A stretch of DNA of 64,000 bases from an uncultured Holophagales bacterium (GTDB taxonomy: Bacteria > Acidobacteriota > Thermoanaerobaculia > Multivoradales > UBA5704). This document shows, piece by piece, positions 56,703 to 64,000 of the stretch (its first letter is position 1; each line of letters starts with the position of its first letter). The translations under genes and the position numbers were made by a program. The stretch is taken from the NCBI GenBank assembly GCA_963842525.1, contig CAWJGT010000004.1:206082-270081 (forward strand), written 5' to 3'. The notes beneath the pieces were generated by a model that worked only from the letters and a program-made list of their open reading frames with translations, made no database searches and was not told the origin of the DNA.

Positions 56703-59105
56703 CTAATTCAGGAGGTCTTCCAGAGAGAGCAGGCGCTTGAAGAAATCGATGTCGACCGTGAGCGAATAGAACGCGGCGTCGTCCCAGGTATCGGTGGTCC
56801 GTATGGGAACGTCGTTCTCGCGGACCAGCTCCTCTCCGCGCCCGAGGTGCCGGCCATACATCAAAGTCAGGCCGCTGTACGGCTCGAAACCTACGCCTCC
56901 GAACAGATGATCCTTCGTGCTCTTCATCGATAGCCCCAGATAGAGCACGGGAATCCACCGGTCCCGTTCACTCCGGATGTCACGCCGTCGCCAGGGATAG
57001 ACCTGAACCCCGAATGTACCGTCGACTCCGTGCTTCTGGATCGTCTCGGTGGACTGGCCGTTCGTCACCGTGAAGTCCCGCGTTTCGAGCTCACTGTAGA
57101 GAAGGCCTGTGCGGAAGCGCACCGCGTAGAGCTTGTTGAACCGGTACGTGCCCTCTCCGACCTGGGTCTCCGTTCCATCTTTCTCGACTTTGATGACATA
57201 GGCAGTCTGGGCAGGCGCGCGGCTTGGCGCGTCGTGGGGGACGATCCGGCTCACCAGCACCGGGGTGGTGTCGGGAGTGGGCTTGAGCGGGAAGGGGGAA
57301 GCGGCGGCCAGTCGTCGCAGGAGCTCGGTCCGGCCGACGAGCTGTTGGAACTTCTCCAGGAACTGCTGGATGAGCTCGATGCGCTGGAGGCTCAGCTCCT
57401 TTTCCCGACCTTCGGACGCGGATACAACCATCTCCTCTGCCAGGGTGAACACGGAATCTGCCGCAGCCAATTCGCGGTTGGACAGGGCCAGCTCCTCGGC
57501 GAGCACGGACAGATCTTCCTGGATCGGAGTGATGGTCACGGCCAGCTTGAGCCGGGTCTGGGGAGCTTCGTTGGCCACGAGCACGAACATGCGGCGGTCC
57601 TCGGCAATCTCCACCACAGGGATGCGGTCCATCAGGATATAGCGGTTTTGCGCGTCGTGATGCCGCATCATGGCCTTCCCATCGGCCGGGAAGAGCCCCT
57701 GGTAGAGCAGGGCGTCAGGGAGCTGCAGATCGCTCGCCTGGGCGACTTTGTTTTCGAGGGCCTGGACCTCTTTCGCAAGCGTGTCTCGCTCGTTTTTCTT
57801 GGCGCCCCAGGGAGCGAGAATGAGATCCAGCCTGGTGGCGTCGGGAATGCTGAATCCGTCATTCGAGGCGATCAGCTCGAAGTGACGGAGCTCGGCCTCG
57901 ACGCGCGTGAGCTCCTTGCGTTTGGCCTCGAGCGTCGCCGCGTCCGACGGCGCATTGAACGGATCGATCGAGGGGAGCCCGCGGCTCAGCCAGAGCCAAT
58001 GTTTGGTCCACCCTGAACTGGTCGACTCCTGGTGCAGCGCTTGCAGCGCCTGGAGGACTTCTCCGGAGGCTGACTCGATCTGCTCGATGGCCTTCTGGAT
58101 CGGGGCGTCGGCCAACAGCTTTTGCCGCTGGTCCGCAGGCAGGTCCTTGTCCGGCGCGAGCGCGCCGAGGGCCGTGGCCAGGGCCTTCATCGTATCGCCG
58201 AACAGCTCCTTTTCCTGCTCCGTAGTCAGGTCTTCACCCCTTCTGAGCCGTTCGAGCGCTGCCTTGGCGACCTCTGTGGTCTTGCGCCACCTCTCGATCA
58301 CGGCCGGGAGGGGATCCCTGTCGGCCACTGGTTTCTTCGTCAGGACGAGAGCGGCTTTCTCCTGGGCCTGGACAATGGCGGGCGTCAGGAGGGCACGATG
58401 GGTATCCCACCAGGAGCTCATCGCCGTGAAGAGGAGATTGGCCCGGCGGAGCTCGTAGTGCAGTCGAGAGCAGTCGGCAGGAACCCGAAAGTCGAACGGG
58501 TTTTGAGGATTCGGCGGCGCGAGCGAGCTGACTGCCCCGGAGCCGGACATGCAGGTCAACTCCATATTGAGCTTGAGATCGGCCAACTGGCCTGAGTTGG
58601 GAACGAAGCGGGGCGGTGGCGGCGGTTTAGCGGATGGCGCCGGGCAGCCGAGGGCATTCAGGCGATCGGAGAAAAAGCTCGCCATTTGAGCGCTTCCGGC
58701 CGAACCTTTAGCATTCAGCTTGATGATGAGGTCCCGGGCTTGCGCGCAAAGCTCTCCCTGAACCGCTTGGAGATCGGCGTCGGTGACGCCAAAATGAGGC
58801 TGTCCCCAGAGCTTCTCGTTCTCTTCTTTTCTCGGGAGCTCCTCCTTAATGCCGGTGATCGCCTCCAGATAGTGCTGGAGCGCCGAGAGCTGAGGTGCCT
58901 CGATGTCCCGGTCGCTGAGGGGGACGTCGAAGCGGAGGCAGTCTTTCGGGCCAAGGTGCGAGGGCATGGGGGAGATGAGCTTCCCGGACGTGTCGAACGT
59001 GATCCGGGGATCTTCGGCGGTGCAGGACTGGGCATAGGCGTGTTCAGCCCAGTACCCGAGCATCAGCACAAAGGACAGGATGACAAACCACCGGAAGCGC
59101 TCCAT
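56703..59105 (-). CDS. Large secreted hypothetical protein with a helical middle and a beta-strand-rich C-terminus
   Basis: GAGGAG RBS, signal peptide (AYA-Q), 800-aa ORF with normal protein composition, aromatic alternating strands at the C-terminus. Confidence 0.75.
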   Translation of the reverse strand: MERFRWFVILSFVLMLGYWAEHAYAQSCTAEDPRITFDTSGKLISPMPSHLGPKDCLRFDVPLSDRDIEAPQLSALQHYLEAITGIKEELPRKEENEKLWGQPHFGVTDADLQAVQGELCAQARDLIIKLNAKGSAGSAQMASFFSDRLNALGCPAPSAKPPPPPRFVPNSGQLADLKLNMELTCMSGSGAVSSLAPPNPQNPFDFRVPADCSRLHYELRRANLLFTAMSSWWDTHRALLTPAIVQAQEKAALVLTKKPVADRDPLPAVIERWRKTTEVAKAALERLRRGEDLTTEQEKELFGDTMKALATALGALAPDKDLPADQRQKLLADAPIQKAIEQIESASGEVLQALQALHQESTSSGWTKHWLWLSRGLPSIDPFNAPSDAATLEAKRKELTRVEAELRHFELIASNDGFSIPDATRLDLILAPWGAKKNERDTLAKEVQALENKVAQASDLQLPDALLYQGLFPADGKAMMRHHDAQNRYILMDRIPVVEIAEDRRMFVLVANEAPQTRLKLAVTITPIQEDLSVLAEELALSNRELAAADSVFTLAEEMVVSASEGREKELSLQRIELIQQFLEKFQQLVGRTELLRRLAAASPFPLKPTPDTTPVLVSRIVPHDAPSRAPAQTAYVIKVEKDGTETQVGEGTYRFNKLYAVRFRTGLLYSELETRDFTVTNGQSTETIQKHGVDGTFGVQVYPWRRRDIRSERDRWIPVLYLGLSMKSTKDHLFGGVGFEPYSGLTLMYGRHLGRGEELVRENDVPIRTTDTWDDAAFYSLTVDIDFFKRLLSLEDLLN

Positions 59106-59224
59106 ATCGGGTCTCCTCTCGAAAGGAAGGACCTTGCGATCCGTCCTCTTGGACGGACATGGCAGCGACTTTTCTCGGCAGGGCTGAAGCGATTCGTGGG
59201 TTCTTCGTCAACCCCTGAGCTGGT

Positions 59225-59650
59225 TCAGGAGCTCTTTGACGGCACGGCCGTCGATCCCCTCCGCGGATCCGGCACCGGGCGCAGGTCGAGGTCCGGCATG
59301 GGATAGTGGCGGGGATTGCAGGTATAGAGGGGAATCGAGGCGAGCAGAGCCGTGGCCCCGATCAGGGCATCGGGAAGCGAGAGAGTAATCCCCTGGCTTC
59401 GGAAGCTGCGGAAGATCTCACCGGCACGATCTGCAGTCGCTGCCGTGACGGGCAGCGTCGTGCAACTGTCGAGGAAGGGAAGGGTGAGCTCCCGCTCGGG
59501 CTCGCGCATCCCGAGAAGAACTTCGGCCCGCGTGATCGCCGACAACCCGAGGCGACCCCTCCTCGCCAGACCAAGGACAAGCTCCACGACCGTGGTGTCT
59601 CCTCGAAGGTGCCAGATCACCACGTCGGAATCCAGGAGGACATCAGCCAT
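59225..59650 (-). CDS. vapC: PIN-domain VapC toxin
   Basis: LLDSDVVI, SAITRAEV, LPDALIGATA and LYTCNPRHY. Confidence 0.9.
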   Translation of the reverse strand: MADVLLDSDVVIWHLRGDTTVVELVLGLARRGRLGLSAITRAEVLLGMREPERELTLPFLDSCTTLPVTAATADRAGEIFRSFRSQGITLSLPDALIGATALLASIPLYTCNPRHYPMPDLDLRPVPDPRRGSTAVPSKSS

Positions 59651-59903
59651 CGACCGAACCCGGCTCAGTCCGGCGCTGCCGGTTTCCCCACGCGTGCCGG
59701 CTTTCCTCGATCTCCTGAGACGGTTCTCCGCGACCCTCACCGCTCCATGCGCCCGCCGCAGCCTCGGCCGCCCGGATCTGCCGCAACTGCGCAAGCCGCG
59801 CCCGTACGGCTTCTTCAACAAATCCGCTACGCTGCCGCGAGGGTACGAGCTCCCGCATCTCTTCCAGGAGAGCATCTTCGAAGACCACATTCATGCGTGC
59901 CAT
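59643..59903 (-). CDS. RHH antitoxin (VapB-like)
   Basis: RMNVVF...RSGFVEEAVRARL...AGAW; overlaps vapC. Confidence 0.85.
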   Translation of the reverse strand: MARMNVVFEDALLEEMRELVPSRQRSGFVEEAVRARLAQLRQIRAAEAAAGAWSGEGRGEPSQEIEESRHAWGNRQRRTEPGSVDG

Positions 59904-59980
59904 TCAGGTGCCTCCAAATACACACAGGAAGGTACCTCCGTATGTGCGGAGTGTCAAGGTAACAAGGACGAGGCGAGGAT

Positions 59981-62947
59981 CTACTCGAAATAGCCGCTCA
60001 CGTCGATCACCAGGTGGACCTGCCCCGAGCTCGGGATCACGGCGACGGCGGAAAGGCCGCCGGCTCCGAGCAGGAGGACCGCGTTGTTGGCGCGCACCTG
60101 TCCGGCCCGGAAGCTGATCGAGCTGGTGGCCGGGGCCGGCGAGCCGCCCGGATACACCGTGACGTGCCCGGCGGCCGAAGGTGCCACCACCGTCAGGTTG
60201 ACGGCTACGGCCCGCGCCGTGTGCGGCACGCCGCAGGAGCCTGCCACCGGGAACAGCCGTGGCGCGCCGGACGCGAGAGGGGCACCCGCGCGGGTGTCAG
60301 CGATCCGGCAAGGGGGAACCGTGTAGAAGGACGCTGGTGACGGCGGAGCCGGAGGAGCAGTCAGGCGGGCGACCGCGGCATGCAGCCGGGCCAGATAGAG
60401 CCCCTGGATCTTGCCCAGCGGCTGGACCTCGGCCAGGGCATCCGCGATCGCCTGCCGCGTGAGGTCCTCACCCATCGCCAGCAAGTCGGCTTCGCCGGTC
60501 GCGTCCACGGCGCGGACCAGCGCGGCGGTCAGGCAGGCCTTGCCGGTGCCATAGATCAGAGGATCGCCACCGCCGAGATTTGCCGTGACGCTCTGCAGCG
60601 TGCCGTCGATCCGGGGGCCTGACCAGGTGAAGAACAGCGCGTTTGGCCAGTTTCCCGCAGCCGTGCCGTTGCCGCCCGGCGCCGTCGTCGGCCCGAGGCC
60701 CGCCAGCGTGCGCGCCCAGGAGGCCAGGACCGCGGACGGCGGCAGAGCCGGATTGCCGATCGCAGTGTCTTCGGTGGCGCGCGCCAGGCGGTACAGCGCA
60801 TTCATGTCATAGAGAGAGACCATCCAGAGCTGGTCGGTCGCGTCCGTGCCCGGCCCGTCCACCGGGTCGCCGCCATACATCCAGAAACCGTAGCTCCGGC
60901 CGCCCTGCCGCGGCTGGACAAAATGCTGCGTCGCGGCGCGGGCGAGGCCCGAGCGCCAGTCGTCGAGAAAGCCCGGGTCGTCGCTCGCCAGGCCCAGGAA
61001 GCGGAAGGCCTCGAACCACTGCATGGCCGCACGGCCGGTGAGGTGCGCCCACTCATCCGCCGGCGGGTCGTCCGGCAGACAGGGAGCGGCCGGCCGGCGC
61101 GAGCAGAGATAGGCGCGCATCGACTCCCCGCCCCGCCGCAGGGTCTCGATCACCGTCGAGTCGCCGGTCTGCCAGTAATAGAAGAACAGGTTGTCGAAGT
61201 AGGCGTGCGAGCTGTTGAAGTCGGCCCGGTAGCCGCCATAGCCGGCCGGCGCCTGGCCGCAATAGAACCAGGGATCACCCGGAGCGCACTGCATCACCTG
61301 GGTGTGCAGCATGCGCAGGGCTCCCGGGAAGGCGATCTCGTCGAGCCAGGCTACCTCGCCAGTCCGCATCGCGCGGACGTCCGCAGCCGTGAGCGCGTTG
61401 TGGTAATCCGTCCAGGTGGCGCACCAGTAGGGATTGTCCCAGGCCTCCCCCGGCGTCGGATCGGCGCCGGGCGCGCAGTCGATCTCGTCCGACCACCGTC
61501 CCCACTCGCGCGGGTAGAGGCCGAACGTGGCAAGCCCTGCGAGCCCCTTCTCGTCGATCCCGGCGAGCGTGTGGGCGAGCACCTGGCCGATCAGGTCGTC
61601 GTACCCCTGAAGGCCGGCGGGAAGAGGACCGACAGGGAATTCGTCCACCGCCTCCGAAGCAGCGAGCCATGCGGGGGAGGGCCAGCCGCGCAGCGGATGG
61701 TTGAGCGGAGCCCAGACCCGGCGGTCGAGATCGGACCGCGACGGCGCGGCGGGCAGCGCGGCGACCGCGAGCGAGGCGAACACCCCCTGGCGCGCCCCGA
61801 GCCAGACCCGGTCGTCCGCCAGGTCGATCGCGAGGCGGCCATCCGACAGGAGACGAAGCGCCTGCGGCTCGGACCGGTGCATGCGGGCGAGCGCCACCGC
61901 GACCGCACCAGCCGAGGTGCCGACCGCGAGCAGACCGCCGTCGGCCTTCGTGCCGGCCGCCGTCACAACACCAGGCACCACGACCTCAAAAGAGAGCGGA
62001 TCGCTGCGCAAGGCGCGCAGCCGCTGGCGGACCCGGGCCTCTTGCCCCGCAGCGGCATTGCCGGCGAGGGCGGGCGCAGCAAAGCTCCCCACCGCCTGCA
62101 CCGAACGGGGAAAGCCGAGGTCGAGCGTCAGGGCATCGCGGGCGCGCTCCACGAGCACCCCGTTCGGGGCACCGCCGCACGAGAGGTTGCCCGCCCCGCA
62201 GCGGTCCCCCTCCCAGGCCACGGCATGGCGGACCACCGCCGCCGGCGATCCCGCGGTGAACACATACCGCCGCACCGACCCCAGCCCGCCCCCGCCCACG
62301 GGCGCCGTCCCGTAGGCTCCCTCGACCACCACCGCCGCGGAGAGGGGATCCGCGTGCTCAATCCTCACCCGCCGCATCGCCGGATGCCCCGCGTCCGTGC
62401 CACCGGTGCGGACCGTCATGTCGCTCCCCGACACCAGGCGCGTACCGTTTGCCAGACGCACCTCGTCGAACAGAGCCCCGGGATTGCCGCCCAAGACGAA
62501 CGTGGCCGCGCCGGTCTCGACCGTCACCTGATTGCCGGCCTGGGTCAGCCGCAACGGAGTCGCAGGAGGTGGATTGACGCCGGCCGAGCCATTGGTCACC
62601 AGCCGGAACATGACCGAGCCGCCGGCCGGTACCGTGGCCGGAAAGGCGACCAAAAGCCACTGGACCGGCGCCGAGACATCCGTAAGGCCGGCGTTCCAGC
62701 GCGCCAGCACCCGGAATTCCGCCGGCACCGGGAGACCGGAAGCATCAACGACCGTGAGCCCGGCCGGATCGAAAACTCCGAGGCTGCGCGGGAGAGGGAC
62801 CCCAGTGCGAACCACCTCGGCCATCCGTGCCACGCCAGCCGTCTCGCGCACCGTGAGCACGAGCTGCGACGGCACCGGCGGCGGCCAGGCACCCTGGGCC
62901 TCCGCCGCGGCGAAGGCACAGAGGCCGGCGGCGATCCAGCGCTTCAT
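59981..62947 (-). CDS. Secreted YetA/exo-rhamnogalacturonan-lyase-like protein with a C-terminal 'PCR..DTR' domain
   Basis: Signal peptide MKRWIAAGL, E.VRTGVPLPR...DVSAPVQWLLV N-terminal module, aromatic helical core, FYTVPPCRIADTR...IDVSGYF tail. Confidence 0.65.
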   Translation of the reverse strand: MKRWIAAGLCAFAAAEAQGAWPPPVPSQLVLTVRETAGVARMAEVVRTGVPLPRSLGVFDPAGLTVVDASGLPVPAEFRVLARWNAGLTDVSAPVQWLLVAFPATVPAGGSVMFRLVTNGSAGVNPPPATPLRLTQAGNQVTVETGAATFVLGGNPGALFDEVRLANGTRLVSGSDMTVRTGGTDAGHPAMRRVRIEHADPLSAAVVVEGAYGTAPVGGGGLGSVRRYVFTAGSPAAVVRHAVAWEGDRCGAGNLSCGGAPNGVLVERARDALTLDLGFPRSVQAVGSFAAPALAGNAAAGQEARVRQRLRALRSDPLSFEVVVPGVVTAAGTKADGGLLAVGTSAGAVAVALARMHRSEPQALRLLSDGRLAIDLADDRVWLGARQGVFASLAVAALPAAPSRSDLDRRVWAPLNHPLRGWPSPAWLAASEAVDEFPVGPLPAGLQGYDDLIGQVLAHTLAGIDEKGLAGLATFGLYPREWGRWSDEIDCAPGADPTPGEAWDNPYWCATWTDYHNALTAADVRAMRTGEVAWLDEIAFPGALRMLHTQVMQCAPGDPWFYCGQAPAGYGGYRADFNSSHAYFDNLFFYYWQTGDSTVIETLRRGGESMRAYLCSRRPAAPCLPDDPPADEWAHLTGRAAMQWFEAFRFLGLASDDPGFLDDWRSGLARAATQHFVQPRQGGRSYGFWMYGGDPVDGPGTDATDQLWMVSLYDMNALYRLARATEDTAIGNPALPPSAVLASWARTLAGLGPTTAPGGNGTAAGNWPNALFFTWSGPRIDGTLQSVTANLGGGDPLIYGTGKACLTAALVRAVDATGEADLLAMGEDLTRQAIADALAEVQPLGKIQGLYLARLHAAVARLTAPPAPPSPASFYTVPPCRIADTRAGAPLASGAPRLFPVAGSCGVPHTARAVAVNLTVVAPSAAGHVTVYPGGSPAPATSSISFRAGQVRANNAVLLLGAGGLSAVAVIPSSGQVHLVIDVSGYFE

Positions 62948-63129
62948 AGGAAGGCTCCTGCCTGAGAGTATAGCCCGACCTCTATCTTCGCGGGCCCTGC
63001 TGTCCCTGTCCTTCTCGATCCGGACCGGACAGCGGATGACCCTCCTCGCAGACAGGACGGTCCGCCGTCCACAGAGAGCGGCGCCGGGCGCAATCCGGTG
63101 GATCGAGGTGGGGTTCGGGAGGAGCCTGT

Positions 63130-63485
63130 CCGCGCACAGGATGGTTTGGAGCGCATTGCGGACGGTTCTGAGTGGACACCGAACCGTCCGAAACGCAGAT
63201 CGAACCATCCTGAACGCGTTACGGACGGTTCTGAGCCGGCAGTGAACCGTCCGGAGCACACTGCGAATTGTCCGAAGCCCGTGCAACACCATCCGGAACG
63301 CATTGCGGACGATTCTCAACGGCCAACGAACCGTCCGCAGCGTGTTGCGAAACGTCCGGAATGCGCTGCGGACGGTTCGAAGCCGGCAACGAACCATCCG
63401 GAACGCGTTGCGGAACATCCGGAACGTGCTCCGAACCATCCGGAACGCACTCAACATCATCCTGAGCACGGTCCGAACCGTCCGC
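63130..63485. repeat. Degenerate 21-bp tandem array (about 16-17 units)
   Basis: Cores CGAACCRTCCG and its reverse complement CGGACGGTTC recur in a 21-bp register, seen as a 7-aa period in spurious ORFs on both strands. Confidence 0.9.
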
Positions 63486-63560
63486 TGCGAGGACGGGAAA
63501 ACCCGGAGACCGCTCGACGCCGGCCGTCCTCCCCTCGTATTCTAAAGCCAGGAGGACACC

Positions 63561-64000
63561 ATCACTCGCAGCGAGTACGAAGCGCGCCGGCGCGCGCTCG
63601 AAGAGCAGGTCCGCGCCGACATCGCGCTGATCCAGGCGGCCCACGAGACCCGGATCCGTTCCCTCGAGCGCCTCTGGCAGGCGGCCAACGAGGGAGACAC
63701 ATTCTACCCCGGTCCAATCCAAGCCGCAGGCACGCCATCCGTGGCCGAGCTGACACACCCGGCGGTCCCCGTTCCGCCAGCCGCGAAGCCGGCCCGTCGG
63801 AGGGGGCAAGTCCTGGCCGACCTGTGGGACGTCCTGCCCGACCTCCCCGAGGTCTTCGAGAGGCCTGACATCATCAAAGCCCTCGGCTACGAGCCGAGCC
63901 GGTCGAGCCTCTACCGCGCGCTCCAGCGCCTCCTGGATGCAGGGAAGATCGCCGTCGAAGACCGCAGCGACGGCGGGGTTCTGGCATCGTATCGGCGGGT
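63561..64000 (+). CDS. Hypothetical protein with an N-terminal coiled coil and a probable C-terminal winged helix (partial; ATC at the expected start)
   Basis: GGAGG-N5-ATC, then an open frame TRSEYEARRRALEEQ...LPEVFERPDIIKALGYEPSRSSLYRALQRLLDAGKI running to the window end. Confidence 0.7.
   Translation, partial: MTRSEYEARRRALEEQVRADIALIQAAHETRIRSLERLWQAANEGDTFYPGPIQAAGTPSVAELTHPAVPVPPAAKPARRRGQVLADLWDVLPDLPEVFERPDIIKALGYEPSRSSLYRALQRLLDAGKIAVEDRSDGGVLASYRR

Noticed and set aside
63130-63485. CRISPR array, or a 7-aa repeat N-terminal extension of ORF 59981..63469
   Set aside because: The period is only 21 bp with no spacers. The real protein starts at the signal peptide at 62947, and the repeat is open on both strands only because 21 is a multiple of 3.

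Overview
High-GC bacterial genomic window, most likely from an Acidobacteriota (Thermoanaerobaculia-like) genome. This is inferred from an ADOP-type permease, an ELWxxDGT-repeat protein, a C-terminal 'FYTxxPCR..DTR' domain and the HLLxGCxxC-TPR proteins. About 50 genes are present: cell-envelope glycosylation, S9 peptidase, CapA, B3 metallo-beta-lactamase, TonB receptor, aldehyde dehydrogenase, SDR, PP2C phosphatase, metal homeostasis, diguanylate cyclase, a two-component system and three type II toxin-antitoxin loci. About ten genes carry single-base frameshifts, probably assembly indels. I found no rRNA, tRNA, CRISPR array, transposase or integrase. Two loci are the best candidates for new biology. 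(1) 45.0-47.4 kb: a small secreted protein ending in DYGPALDPNG, a zinc-finger-like/TPR protein and an XRE HTH protein, arranged like an RRNPP-type peptide signalling cassette; two more members of the same zinc-finger family lie at 35.2-36.8 kb. (2) 7.1-12.0 kb: a radical-SAM/SPASM homolog that lacks its CxxxCxxC motif, directly upstream of a SIR2-NTPase-TPR protein. Also notable: an XRE/ImmA-YegP-YjzC island, an AlbA-ParA-HEPN-like gene run, a 211-bp TAA-flanked MITE, a 62-bp palindromic tandem array, a 21-bp array upstream of a probable winged-helix gene, and a kinase gene collapsed by an in-frame deletion. All family calls come from reading motifs by eye, not from database searches.
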